Source: Arenicellales bacterium (lineage in GTDB: Bacteria; Pseudomonadota; Gammaproteobacteria; BMS3Bbin11). Taken from it: 64,000 bases of DNA. Below the pieces are notes generated by a model. It was given only the letters and a program-made list of their open reading frames with translations. It searched no databases and was not told the DNA's origin. The stretch is from NCBI GenBank assembly GCA_048550195.1, contig JBLYYR010000200.1, positions 3,721-67,720 on the forward strand, read 5' to 3'. Below, piece by piece: positions 47,935-57,876 of the stretch. Every line of letters begins with the position of its first letter. Within the stretch, counting starts at the first letter, position 1. Both the position numbers and the translations under genes were made by a program.

Positions 47935-48098
47935 TCAAAAGCTCCTTGGAAGAGAATCCGGGAGATAATCCGGCGTGCAGTCAATCGCATATTGAAGCAT
48001 TTTCAGCGCAAAATTACCAGAATACAATGTTGCAACACACCTGCGATCATCGTCTATACTGTCCATGTGAGCATGAAACAAACTTAAGGGCCTTTGCT

Positions 48099-48530
48099 AT
48101 GAAAACAAAGTGGATTCTACTCAGCAGCATACTTTTTCTGTTTAACTCTTCTGCTCCAGCAAGAGAATGCAAATCCTGCCAGGAACACCGCAATGGCGGC
48201 AGCATCTCCTACGGCAATAGCTATGCACCCGGCGGCATTTACCAGTCTGGGGGTACCTATTATCCCGGTGGTGTCTACCCCGGTTATAATGGTTACTATG
48301 GCGGAAACCGCTACAACAGACCCTATGGCTCGGGTACAATCACACAGACCTGTGGAGCCGGCAGCATCAGCGGTGATAACAGTCGCTCTGGGGGTGGCTG
48401 CGTCACACGTTACCGCGGTCCGGCCGATGATATTCAATATCTACCCAGGATCAACCGTCAGATCCGCCAGTCATATCCACGCAGCTTCAATAACCCGTGG
48501 AACCGACCCGCAGCGGTGCCGTTGAAATAG
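48099..48530 (+). CDS. secreted Gly/Tyr-rich low-complexity protein (start at MKTKWILL, AAGGG RBS), divergent from the previous gene
   Basis: signal peptide; GGIYQSGGTYYPGGVYPGYNGYYGGNRYNRPYGSG; 4 Cys. Confidence 0.7.
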   Translation: MKTKWILLSSILFLFNSSAPARECKSCQEHRNGGSISYGNSYAPGGIYQSGGTYYPGGVYPGYNGYYGGNRYNRPYGSGTITQTCGAGSISGDNSRSGGGCVTRYRGPADDIQYLPRINRQIRQSYPRSFNNPWNRPAAVPLK

Positions 48531-48552
48531 AAGAAGCCCTGGGTCTTCGGTC

Positions 48553-48608
48553 TTCATAATTTTGACACCCGACACACGACATACGACCCATGACCTACGA
48601 CTTACGAC
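48553..48608. repeat. solo degenerate heptamer tract (cgacacacgacatacgacccatgacctacgacttacgacc) related to the MITE termini
   Basis: same ACGACATACGAC heptamer register as 13836-13880. Confidence 0.6.
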
Positions 48609-50385
48609 CTGTCTCCCCTTCTTTCTGCAACGCCCACATATGGCTATAGACGCCTCCCCGAGCAAGTAATTCATCGTGCCTGCCACGTTCAACAATCTGT
48701 CCATCCTCCATCACCAGAATCTGGTCTGCATGCTGTACGGTGGATAATCTATGGGCAATGATCAGGGTCGTGGTATTGGCTGAGATTGCTTCCAGTTCAG
48801 CCTGAATATTTTTTTCGGTGGCACTGTCCAGCGCTGAAGTCGCTTCATCAAAAACGAGTATCTCAGGTGCCTTGAGTATGGTTCTTGCAATGGCTACGCG
48901 CTGCTTCTCACCACCGGATAGTTTCAATCCACGTTCGCCGACCATCGTCTCATAGCCATCTGGCAGGGATTCGATAAACTCATGGATATGGGCATGTTTC
49001 GCTGCCTGGATAACTTCTTCCCGTGACGCATCAGGGCGCCCATAAGCGATATTATAGAATATGCTGTCGTTGAACAGCACGGTATCCTGTGGGACGACAC
49101 CAATAGCACTACGCACGCTCTGCTGTGTGACATCGCGTATATTTTGATTGTCGATTAAAATCGTACCATCCGTGACATCATAGAATCGATACAGCAGCCG
49201 CGACAGTGTCGACTTGCCGGCACCGCTATGGCCAACGACGGCGACGGTCTTGCCTGCCGGTATTTCAAATGTAACCCCTTTCAGCACCTGCCGACGCTCA
49301 TCATAGGAAAAACCGACATTTTCGAAAGAAACGCTGGCCTGGCCAGACACAAGATCATTGGCATCATCTCTGTCTTCCACTTCAGCAGGTGTTTTCAGCA
49401 GATTGAACATCCGCTCCATATCAGCCAACGAGTGACGAATTTCTCGATAAACAAAACCGAGAAAATTCAACGGAATGAAAAGTTGCAATAAAAAAGCATT
49501 TACCATTACCAGGTCACCCACAGACATCTTCCCGCTGACCACCTCATCAGAGGCCATCAACATCATCACCGTCACACCAGTCGCTATTACCAGCCCTTGC
49601 ATAGAATTCAGCAGGCTCAGGGAGGTTGTACTGCGAACCGCCGCTTTTTCCCATTGCCGCATCGAAACGTCATAGCGGTGCAGCTCATAGTCTTCATTGT
49701 TAAAGTATTTGACCGTTTCAAAGTTGATCAGGCTGTCAATCGCAGAGGTATTGGCCTTTGAATCCATCTGGTTCATCTTACGCCGGAACCCCATGCGCCA
49801 TTCTGTAATGATTAACGTTAAGCCTATATAGGTAGAGAGCGTGACGATGACAACCAGGCCGAATCGCGCGTCGAAGCGCTGCAGAAGAATGGTTATCACC
49901 AGGCCAATTTCAAACAACGTCGGCAGGATATTGAACAGCATGAAGTTCATCAGGAAACGAATACCCGATACACCGCGCTCTATATCACGAGATAATCCGC
50001 CCGTTTGGCGATCAAGATGAAATCGCAGCGACAGTCGGTGCAGGTGGCTGAACACCTCAAGTGCAATACTACGCATGGTGCTCTGAATAACGCGAGCAAA
50101 CACAACATCTCGCAGCTCACCAAACAATACAGTCAAAAACCTGAGAAGTCCGTAAGCTAGCAGCAGAAAGGCCGGCACAATCAATACCGCCTGCGTAGGG
50201 TCGAGACTATCCACTATCTCTTTCAGGATTAGCGGCACACCCACATTGGCGATTTTCGCGCTGACCAGCAGTAGCAGCGCAAGCAGTGCACGCCACTTAT
50301 AGCGCCAGACATACGGAATGAGTAAGGTAAAAGTTTGCCCGTACTGGGTATTTTCGGGCAGGGCTTCGGTACGACGACGGTGCAA
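48595..50385 (-). CDS. ABC transporter, fused permease/ATPase (Atm1/ABCB7-like exporter)
   Basis: 6-TM N-terminal domain plus NBD with GHSGAGKST, LSGGEKQRVAIAR, ILVFDEATSALD. Confidence 0.85.
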   Translation of the reverse strand: MHRRRTEALPENTQYGQTFTLLIPYVWRYKWRALLALLLLVSAKIANVGVPLILKEIVDSLDPTQAVLIVPAFLLLAYGLLRFLTVLFGELRDVVFARVIQSTMRSIALEVFSHLHRLSLRFHLDRQTGGLSRDIERGVSGIRFLMNFMLFNILPTLFEIGLVITILLQRFDARFGLVVIVTLSTYIGLTLIITEWRMGFRRKMNQMDSKANTSAIDSLINFETVKYFNNEDYELHRYDVSMRQWEKAAVRSTTSLSLLNSMQGLVIATGVTVMMLMASDEVVSGKMSVGDLVMVNAFLLQLFIPLNFLGFVYREIRHSLADMERMFNLLKTPAEVEDRDDANDLVSGQASVSFENVGFSYDERRQVLKGVTFEIPAGKTVAVVGHSGAGKSTLSRLLYRFYDVTDGTILIDNQNIRDVTQQSVRSAIGVVPQDTVLFNDSIFYNIAYGRPDASREEVIQAAKHAHIHEFIESLPDGYETMVGERGLKLSGGEKQRVAIARTILKAPEILVFDEATSALDSATEKNIQAELEAISANTTTLIIAHRLSTVQHADQILVMEDGQIVERGRHDELLARGGVYSHMWALQKEGETGRKS

Positions 50386-50476
50386 AGCAATAAGTATCCG
50401 TTAGATTAAGGTTCTGGCAGGTATTCTACATCATGGGGATGGCCTGTACTCTGGAGCCACTACAAATACTGCGGGC

Positions 50477-50502
50477 AAAAAAAAGGCGCACCGAAGTGCG
50501 CC
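50477..50502 (-). terminator. rho-independent terminator (GGCGCAC cgaa GTGCGCC + U-run) downstream of the binding-protein gene
   Basis: minus strand GGCGCACuucgGUGCGCC then UUUUUUUU. Confidence 0.8.
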
Positions 50503-50552
50503 ACAAACTCCCAAGAAAAATTTTCAAAAAAAATAATCAATAAACAGTCAGG

Positions 50553-51527
50553 TCAATTATTTGATGCCAATATTGCCTTAACGGTTAATTCTTCTTTTGA
50601 TGCCCGGCTAAATCCATAGCTGACATAAATATTCTGTGCGTCTTCACTGGCCAGGTAGTCCAGATAGCATTTTGCATTTTCCTGGTTCCTTCCCTCTTTA
50701 AGTATGCCGATAGCATAACCAACTTTATGCGCCATATTGTACGGTGCAGGGATCGCTACGCCTTCAATGTTGCGGCCTTTTTTCACGCCTTCAACAACCT
50801 CAGTCGTCCAGACAATACCCACATCAGCTTCACCATTTTCGATACGATACGGCGTTTCACGATGATGACGTGAAGTGAACCATGTCTTATCCGGTATGGC
50901 CCAGCAACTTTTGCATTTAGCATCGGCTGTTACTTTTTTATAAAGCCCCAGATCTTTCAGCATTTGTGAACCATAAAACTTGAAAATGCCCTCCGTTAAC
51001 GGATTAGGATGCGACTGCACCAGGTCATCTCTCGCCAGGTCCTTTGGCCCTGAAACCTTTTTCGGGTTTCCTTTTGCAACCATTAATTCAAGCTTGTTAT
51101 GGGTATAGATGATATGGTCATTCATCTTGCCCTTGTCTTTCAGTTTTTTCAGATGGCTCAGATTAACGCTGGCAAACAAATCCGGTGTCATGGATGTCTT
51201 GCGGCCCTCTATCACCCCCTGTTTTAATATTTGTCCTTTAAGAATCTGCCCCGGTGGTATGGTTTCTACATAGATGCTCTTTATATCCGGGTTTTTCAGC
51301 TGAAAATCCTGTATCAACTCTTCCATTACCATGAACTGATTTCCTGCCAGGTACATCACCAGGTCTGCCGAATAGGAATCCTCTATCTGACCATACTTGA
51401 CCTCACCACCTGTCATGAATGTTCGATAGTCATGATCCTTGCCATCCTTGCCAGCAATTGCTGATAAACTCATTACTGTCACAGTAATAGTTAAGGCATA
51501 GACAAATAGTTTTTTAATTTTTGTCAT
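50553..51527 (-). CDS. periplasmic solute-binding protein, ModA/TupA-like type-2 PBP fold (oxyanion binding?)
   Basis: signal peptide, PBP2 pattern resembling molybdate/tungstate binders; CKSC pair. Confidence 0.5.
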   Translation of the reverse strand: MTKIKKLFVYALTITVTVMSLSAIAGKDGKDHDYRTFMTGGEVKYGQIEDSYSADLVMYLAGNQFMVMEELIQDFQLKNPDIKSIYVETIPPGQILKGQILKQGVIEGRKTSMTPDLFASVNLSHLKKLKDKGKMNDHIIYTHNKLELMVAKGNPKKVSGPKDLARDDLVQSHPNPLTEGIFKFYGSQMLKDLGLYKKVTADAKCKSCWAIPDKTWFTSRHHRETPYRIENGEADVGIVWTTEVVEGVKKGRNIEGVAIPAPYNMAHKVGYAIGILKEGRNQENAKCYLDYLASEDAQNIYVSYGFSRASKEELTVKAILASNN

Positions 51528-51627
51528 TAATCATTCCGTATGATGTGGAGTATTAAAGACGACTAGCGACGGGAAAACTATTGGGTTGATTCGGGAGAGG
51601 GGTCAGGGTATACCCTGAAAAAGAGAC

Positions 51628-51693
51628 GTTTTAGGTTTTACGTATTATGTTTTACGAAAAACCTGAATTTTTAATACGTAATACGTAATACGA
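51628..51693. repeat. REP-like repeat copy 6
   Basis: gttttaggttttacgtattatgttttacgaaaaacctgaatttttaatacgtaatacgtaatacg. Confidence 0.8.
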
Positions 51694-51697
51694 AAAG

Positions 51698-52327
51698 CTA
51701 TTCCGACTCTCTTTCAGCCAGCAATGCAATCCGTACAAGTTCAGAAACAGAACCGGCATCCATTTTTGACATGAGATTAGCGCGGTGGGTTTCGATGGTT
51801 TTTACGCTGATGTCGAGCTGACGAGCCATGGTTTTGTTAGAGCACCCGGCGACAATGCAGTCCAGCACCTGCTTTTCTCTGCTACTCAGCTTCTGTAGAC
51901 GATCGCGGGCATCCTGGCGGCGCTGTATGCTGACTTTCTGGCTACGGCTTTTTTCTATTGCCTGTTGAATCCTGTCAATCAGGTGCTGGTCATTAAATGG
52001 CTTCTCGATAAAATCGAAGACGCCTGACTTGAAGGCCCGCACAGCCATTGGTACATCCGCATGTCCTGTAATAATAATCACTGGCAGAATAAAATTCTGC
52101 TGCTGCAACTCTTCCTGCAGATCAAGGCCGCTGAGGCCAGGCATGCGCACATCCAGTACAACACAGCCGGTCTGCTGGTTTTTATAGCCGTCAAGAAACT
52201 CCTGTGCGGTGGCAAAACACTGTACCGGCAGCTGTACGGATTCAATCAACCAGCGCAGGGAATCTCTTACACTGGCATCGTCATCAACAATAAAAACAAT
52301 AGCTCCACTTTCTTCATTCACTGACAT
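51698..52327 (-). CDS. response regulator, REC + LuxR/FixJ-type HTH (TtrR-like); start at MSVNEES
   Basis: receiver Asp in VVLDVRMPG; C-terminal LSSREKQVLDCIVAGCSNKTMARQLDISVKTIETHR. Confidence 0.85.
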   Translation of the reverse strand: MSVNEESGAIVFIVDDDASVRDSLRWLIESVQLPVQCFATAQEFLDGYKNQQTGCVVLDVRMPGLSGLDLQEELQQQNFILPVIIITGHADVPMAVRAFKSGVFDFIEKPFNDQHLIDRIQQAIEKSRSQKVSIQRRQDARDRLQKLSSREKQVLDCIVAGCSNKTMARQLDISVKTIETHRANLMSKMDAGSVSELVRIALLAERESE

Positions 52328-52331
52328 GAAT

Positions 52332-54779
52332 TTACGTATCTCCGGATTGTGGCAAAGCAACACCAACAATAGTATGTTGCCCTGAAGTATCAGTATACAT
52401 AGTCCCGCCATGGGCTTCTATAATAGTGCGGCTTATCGACAGCCCCATGCCCATACCTTCATCTTTGGTAGTGTAGAATGGCTCAAATATCTGCTGCTGC
52501 TCACCGTCAGGCAGACCGATACCGGTATCCTTTACTTCAATATTGAGCATGCCAGTCTCAGTCATGGAGGAGGCCACCTCGATCTTTTTTTCGCCCCGCC
52601 AGGGAACATGTACTGCATCGATGGCATTACGCAGCAAATTCAGCAGCACCTGTTCAATCTGGATAGCATCAACGATTAAAATGGGTAGATTTTCAGCAAG
52701 TGGTAGTGTCAGAGTGATCGATTTTCTTTCCATTTCGCTTCTTAGAAAACCGCTGACCCGTGTAATCAATTCATTGATCTCAATTCGCTCATGATGCGGA
52801 TCCTCCTTGTTGACGAATGCGCGCATACGGCGGATGATTTTTGCTGCCCTTTCTGCCTCCTGTATTGACTGCTGCATTATTGCAGTAAGCTCTGTGACTT
52901 CAAGATTGCCCCTGTCAATTCGGCGCTGGCAGCCACGTAGATAATTAGCGATCGCGGTCAGTGGCTGATTCAACTCATGCGCCAGACCAGATGCCATCTC
53001 ACCCATCGTACTCAACCGTGTAACATGGGCCAGGTCAGACAGGTGCTGCTGCTCCCTGTCACCTACCTGTTTGCGGGCGATTTCCATGCCCAGCCAGTCC
53101 GCAATTAACTGTAATATATCGCGGTCCACTTCACCAAGGTTGCGACTTACATCCTGATCATCAGCCAGGCATAAGAATCCGTATGGCTTACCTTCCACTA
53201 GCACCTTTACCGCTACACAGGATAATAAATCTACTTCACCCTCTGCTTTGCCATCAACCTGGAATGATTTTTCCGCCAGCAGAACTTCATCATCCTGCAG
53301 CAATTCGTCAAACTCATCGACACCAATGCCTCCCATAAACCCTGTAGTATCATCTGCTATATTTGAAGCTGCTACTGCACCTGAATCAGAGCCCACCATC
53401 AACACTACTGAAATGCCAGCCTCATTGCGCCGATACAAACTGGCAGCTGCAAAACCGAAGTGTTTCCTGCCCAGTTCGATCAATGCCCTGATTTTTTCTT
53501 CCAGTGGAACCGGGAACAGGGAAACTATCCTGTTCAACTCCCGCAGAGTTATTTCACTATGCTGCAATGCTGCGTTCAATTCAGCCAGACTCGCGGTACG
53601 CTCTACTACACGCTGTTCAAGAAAACGCTTGTTCTCATTCAGCTTTTTCTGTGCAACGACACGCTCTGCAATCTCATCCTGCAGGATATGCTGGGTATCA
53701 ACCAGCCTGCGGTTAACCCTCAGGACATAAATACTGAGTAATGCCAGACCGAAAAGCACAGCCAGGATCATGATCAACCAGTAGGCATATTCTTTTATTG
53801 TTTTGATTAGAGATAATTGTGCATCGGGAAGGTAGGGCCCAATTCTCAGTTCACGCATCAACTCATTTACATTGCTGTAGTCAAGCGGAATCGTCCAGCT
53901 CACCCAGTCAGTGCCGGACAGCGAAAAAACCCCCTTCGGTGCAGACAGCAATGCAACGACCAGCTTACTGGCCAACTCATCCGGCGTGTGCGTGAGTTTT
54001 GCCAATGGCCATTCAGGGTACAGGCGGGTGCTGTGAAGAAACTGAAAACCCTCAATATTGCGATTTTCCAGAACACGGATCTTGTCCAGTTCCACTTTGC
54101 CATTCAGAGCCATATTTTCGAGTATGCCGCTACGTATGGTGCCGGCATCCACCTGTCCACCCATCACAGCATGTACGATATTGTCCTGCGGAAATCCATT
54201 GAACTTGAGTTCAGCTATATCCTTGAAGGGGTCGACACCGGCTTCCTTCAGTTCTCGCCAGGCCATCTGAAAACCGCCAAAAGCATGATTGTTCACAATC
54301 ATTAGAGATCGCCCTTTGAGATCTTTCAGAGATTTGATATCGGGGTTATCACGGCGGGTGAATACAACCGCGCCAAAACGCGAATAATCATGCCCCTGCC
54401 AGTGTCGCTTTAAAGTAGCTATACGCGAGGCGCCATATCTCGATTCAAGAAGAACATAATTACCGGGGTTGGTCAGAACAAAATCAATCTCTTCAGCTGC
54501 TGTCGCTTTGCGTACCTGCTGTAAATTCAACGGCACAATCTTAAAACGAATCCCGGGCAAATTTTCATTCAGGTAGTCAGCCATCGGCTGCCAACGAGAC
54601 ATGGCCTGCTGATGCCCACGGAAGGCCAACACGCCAATACGCACGGCAGCACCTTCCTGTTGTGCCGATACGGGCTGCGCCTGAAAAAAAAGCACTGCAG
54701 GCAGAAGCAGCAGGGCCATACTTAGTCCATTAAGTAATCGTAAAGGGCGGCAGGTCATCATAATGTTCATTTCAGGCAA
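52332..54779 (-). CDS. sensor histidine kinase with periplasmic PhnD/SsuA-like substrate-binding domain, TM, coiled coil, GAF, HisKA, HATPase (TtrS-like architecture)
   Basis: signal/TM, PBP-like 260-aa periplasmic domain, second TM ILAVLFGLALLSIYVL, H-box ASGLAHELNQPL, G-boxes. Confidence 0.8.
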   Translation of the reverse strand: MPEMNIMMTCRPLRLLNGLSMALLLLPAVLFFQAQPVSAQQEGAAVRIGVLAFRGHQQAMSRWQPMADYLNENLPGIRFKIVPLNLQQVRKATAAEEIDFVLTNPGNYVLLESRYGASRIATLKRHWQGHDYSRFGAVVFTRRDNPDIKSLKDLKGRSLMIVNNHAFGGFQMAWRELKEAGVDPFKDIAELKFNGFPQDNIVHAVMGGQVDAGTIRSGILENMALNGKVELDKIRVLENRNIEGFQFLHSTRLYPEWPLAKLTHTPDELASKLVVALLSAPKGVFSLSGTDWVSWTIPLDYSNVNELMRELRIGPYLPDAQLSLIKTIKEYAYWLIMILAVLFGLALLSIYVLRVNRRLVDTQHILQDEIAERVVAQKKLNENKRFLEQRVVERTASLAELNAALQHSEITLRELNRIVSLFPVPLEEKIRALIELGRKHFGFAAASLYRRNEAGISVVLMVGSDSGAVAASNIADDTTGFMGGIGVDEFDELLQDDEVLLAEKSFQVDGKAEGEVDLLSCVAVKVLVEGKPYGFLCLADDQDVSRNLGEVDRDILQLIADWLGMEIARKQVGDREQQHLSDLAHVTRLSTMGEMASGLAHELNQPLTAIANYLRGCQRRIDRGNLEVTELTAIMQQSIQEAERAAKIIRRMRAFVNKEDPHHERIEINELITRVSGFLRSEMERKSITLTLPLAENLPILIVDAIQIEQVLLNLLRNAIDAVHVPWRGEKKIEVASSMTETGMLNIEVKDTGIGLPDGEQQQIFEPFYTTKDEGMGMGLSISRTIIEAHGGTMYTDTSGQHTIVGVALPQSGDT

Positions 54780-54821
54780 TTTTACATACTTTATACTGCC
54801 AGTTATGCTAAAAACAGCACC

Positions 54822-55151
54822 ATGATGAAAAGAATATTCGTTATCCCTTCAATCACTCTACTGCTTATACTTTTTCTGTCAGGCTGCAATGAACAGCAAA
54901 ACCCATTGCTTGGTCATTGGCAGGAAACCTCAGCAACAGCAGAAAAGATCGGCAATATTATTGAATTCACACCGTCGACTATGCGCATTAACAATCAGGT
55001 GGTAACCGTTGTCTATCAGATACGCGGCGACAAGGTACGTGTTTCAGCAAGAAAAAATGCGATTATATATGAATTTGAAAATCCCGATGTGATTCACTAT
55101 GAAGATGAAACGCGCGGAACAGTGCGACTGGTCAGGGTTATTAAAAAGTAG
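54822..55151 (+). CDS. small lipoprotein, hypothetical
   Basis: lipobox LSGC at residues 18-21. Confidence 0.5.
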   Translation: MMKRIFVIPSITLLLILFLSGCNEQQNPLLGHWQETSATAEKIGNIIEFTPSTMRINNQVVTVVYQIRGDKVRVSARKNAIIYEFENPDVIHYEDETRGTVRLVRVIKK

Positions 55152-55328
55152 AAATTGAAAGCAGAACATTAAATGAACGCAGGCACAAAAGCTTTTTCAG
55201 CTTTAAACTTTATGCTTTTACATGATTTATCTACGATCTCTACAAAAAATATATGTACCAATGGTCTACAATCATAATAATATTTCAGATGCCTGCATCC
55301 AGGCACATCTACCAGGGAGAGTTTATCT

Positions 55329-56243
55329 ATGACTGAATTTGTCATTGTTTTTGTTGTACTCAGCATCGTCATCATCGCCGCCGGTGTTAAAACCATTTCC
55401 CAGGGCATGGAATATACGATTGAACGATTCGGCAAGTACCGCAGGACACTGCAGCCGGGCCTGAACCTGATCATTCCCTTTGTCGACAAAGTCGGCAGTA
55501 AAATGAATATGATGGAACAGGTCATGAATGTACCGTCACAGGAGGTCATCACCCGGGACAATGCGATGGTGACCGTTGACGGCGTTGTCTTTTATCAGGT
55601 TGTCGATGCCGCACAGGCCTCCTATGAGGTCAATAATCTTGAACTGGCCATCATGAACCTGACCATGACCAATATCCGTACCGTAATGGGCTCAATGGAT
55701 CTTGATGAGCTGCTGTCCAAACGTGATGTCATTAACCATGCCCTGCTAAAAGTAGTAGATGATGCCACCACCCCGTGGGGCGTCAAGGTAACGCGTATAG
55801 AGATCAAGGACATCACACCACCGTCTGACCTGGTCGAATCGATGGCACGACAGATGAAGGCAGAACGCGACAAACGCGCCCAGATCCTTGATGCTGAAGG
55901 CGACCGGGCAGCTGAAATCCTGCGTGCTGAAGGAGAAAAACTGGCCGTCGTGCTCGATGCAGAAGGCAAAAAAGAAGCCGCTTTCCGTGAAGCTGAAGGC
56001 CGCGAACGCCTGGCTGAAGCCGAGGCCCGTGCAACACATGTTGTTTCCAAAGCGATTTCCCAGGGTGATGTACAGGCCCTGAACTATTTTGTTGCACAAA
56101 AATACGTCGATGCCCTGAAGGACATCGCTTCAGCCGATAACGAGAAGCTGGTGCTGATGCCACTGGAGGCGGCAGGTGTTATCGGTGCCATTGGCGGCAT
56201 CTCCGAGATTGCCAAAAAGACATTTGGCAAAGAGAACGAATAA
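55329..56243 (+). CDS. qmcA: SPFH/band-7 stomatin-like protein (QmcA/YbbK type)
   Basis: N-terminal TM, SPFH domain, Ala/Glu-rich coiled coil. Confidence 0.85.
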   Translation: MTEFVIVFVVLSIVIIAAGVKTISQGMEYTIERFGKYRRTLQPGLNLIIPFVDKVGSKMNMMEQVMNVPSQEVITRDNAMVTVDGVVFYQVVDAAQASYEVNNLELAIMNLTMTNIRTVMGSMDLDELLSKRDVINHALLKVVDDATTPWGVKVTRIEIKDITPPSDLVESMARQMKAERDKRAQILDAEGDRAAEILRAEGEKLAVVLDAEGKKEAAFREAEGRERLAEAEARATHVVSKAISQGDVQALNYFVAQKYVDALKDIASADNEKLVLMPLEAAGVIGAIGGISEIAKKTFGKENE

Positions 56244-56692
56244 TGGACTTCTCTATGCTTGAAGATATCGTTTACTGGAACTGGCTGGTACTTGCTGTCG
56301 TTCTGGTCACCGTGGAAATACTGGTGGCCGGCACTTTTTTCCTGTGGATGGGCATCTCTGCCGGCGTAGTCGGGCTGGTTTTGCTGCTGCTTCCGGGTAT
56401 CAGCTGGCAGACACAGTTGATGCTGTTCGCGATATTCTCAATAATCAGCATCATACTTTCCCGTATCTGGCTCGCACAGCATCACCGTAATGAGTCGCCA
56501 TCCACCCTCAATCGTCGCGGCAGCCAGTATATAGGGCGGCAGTTCACGCTTACTGATCCCATCGTTGATGGCATCGGCCGACTAAATATTGATGATACTG
56601 TGTGGCGTATAAGCGGACCGGACCTTGATTCCGGAACTCAGGTCATTGTTGAAGACATGGAAGGTACGATTCTTCGTGTAAAACAGGCATAA
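56243..56692 (+). CDS. NfeD-family membrane protein (YbbJ), partner of the SPFH protein
   Basis: three TM helices plus C-terminal OB-fold; 1-nt overlap with the upstream gene. Confidence 0.8.
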   Translation: MDFSMLEDIVYWNWLVLAVVLVTVEILVAGTFFLWMGISAGVVGLVLLLLPGISWQTQLMLFAIFSIISIILSRIWLAQHHRNESPSTLNRRGSQYIGRQFTLTDPIVDGIGRLNIDDTVWRISGPDLDSGTQVIVEDMEGTILRVKQA

Positions 56693-56755
56693 TCCCGCCA
56701 CTGACTGTTTCCCCGCTGGCCTGGTGCCTGCAACCCTACACCGGAGAGCTTAACT

Positions 56756-57373
56756 ATGAAACTGGCCTGCCTGGATCTGGAAGGTGTGCTTGTCCCTGAA
56801 ATATGGATCAACGTCGCAGAATTGACAGGTATTGATGACCTGCGCCTGACCACACGTGACATTCCTGATTATGACGAACTGATGACGCACCGCCTGCAGG
56901 TGCTGGATAAGCATGATCTGAAACTGTCTATTATCCAGTCTGTCATTGACGACATGGGCCCACTACCCGGTGCTAGAAGGTTCCTTGACTGGCTGCGTGA
57001 ACACTATCAGCTGATTATCCTGTCCGATACCTTTTACGAATTCGGCATGCCGTTGATGCGGCAATTAGGCTCACCTACTCTTTTCTGCCACAACCTGGAA
57101 ATCAAGGATGATTACATCGCCAACTATCGCCTGCGCCAGCAGGACCAGAAACGCAAAGCAGTACAGGCCTTCCACAGTCTGAACTACAAAGTTATCGCCG
57201 CAGGAGATTCCTACAACGATACCAGCATGCTTAGCGAAGCCGATGCAGGGATACTCTTCTCGCCCCCGCAAAATGTCATAGACGAATTCCCACAGTTTCC
57301 GGTTACAAATAATTACGAAGAACTAAAACAGGCATTCCTGGATGCGGACAAAAGGATAGATAGAGGAGCTTAA
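56756..57373 (+). CDS. thrH: phosphoserine phosphatase / homoserine phosphotransferase ThrH (HAD family)
   Basis: 205 aa, near-colinear with P. aeruginosa ThrH: ACLDLEGVLVPEIWI, TTRDIPDYD, ILSDTFYEF, IAAGDSYNDTSMLSEA, EFPQFP. Confidence 0.85.
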   Translation: MKLACLDLEGVLVPEIWINVAELTGIDDLRLTTRDIPDYDELMTHRLQVLDKHDLKLSIIQSVIDDMGPLPGARRFLDWLREHYQLIILSDTFYEFGMPLMRQLGSPTLFCHNLEIKDDYIANYRLRQQDQKRKAVQAFHSLNYKVIAAGDSYNDTSMLSEADAGILFSPPQNVIDEFPQFPVTNNYEELKQAFLDADKRIDRGA

Positions 57374-57457
57374 AAAGTTTTCTTCTGTGACTTTATCACC
57401 TCCTTTTTTGCATAATCACTGTTAGAATCACTACATTAACTCTAAAAGGAATGCATC

Positions 57458-57832
57458 ATGGCAACAGTTAACCTTACAAACGAATCATTCAGCGATACCG
57501 TTAACGAAAACGACATTGTGATTATAGACTTCTGGGCTGAGTGGTGTGGCCCATGCAAGAGTTTCGCACCCATCTACGAAGAAGCTTCAGAAAAACATGA
57601 GGATATCGTGTTCGCCAAGGTCAACACCGAGGAAGAACAGGAACTTGGAGCATCATTTCAGATACGTTCTATCCCAACACTTATGATCTTTCGTGAAAAA
57701 ATCATTCTTTATTCACAGCCTGGCATGATGGCTGGACCTCAGCTTGATGAACTGATCGATAAGGTTAAACAACTGGATATGGAAAAAGTCAGGGCTGAAA
57801 TCGCCGAACAGGAAAAACAGAAGCAAGCTTAA
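57458..57832 (+). CDS. thioredoxin
   Basis: WAEWCGPCK active site, 124 aa. Confidence 0.9.
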   Translation: MATVNLTNESFSDTVNENDIVIIDFWAEWCGPCKSFAPIYEEASEKHEDIVFAKVNTEEEQELGASFQIRSIPTLMIFREKIILYSQPGMMAGPQLDELIDKVKQLDMEKVRAEIAEQEKQKQA

Positions 57833-57840
57833 ATCAGGTA

Positions 57841-57865
57841 TTGCGATTTATGTTTTACGCAAAAC
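57841..57865. repeat. degenerate REP-like repeat copy 7
   Basis: ttgcgatttatgttttacgcaaaac. Confidence 0.5.
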
Positions 57866-57876
57866 TGGCAACGTAG

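Noticed and set aside
47430-48525. ORFs 47430..47771(+), 47433..47870(-), 47449..47766(+), 48117..48437(-), 48142..48339(-), 48193..48525(+)
   Set aside because: They are low-complexity shadow ORFs generated by the repetitive GC-rich Pro/Gly/Tyr genes on the opposite or alternative frames.
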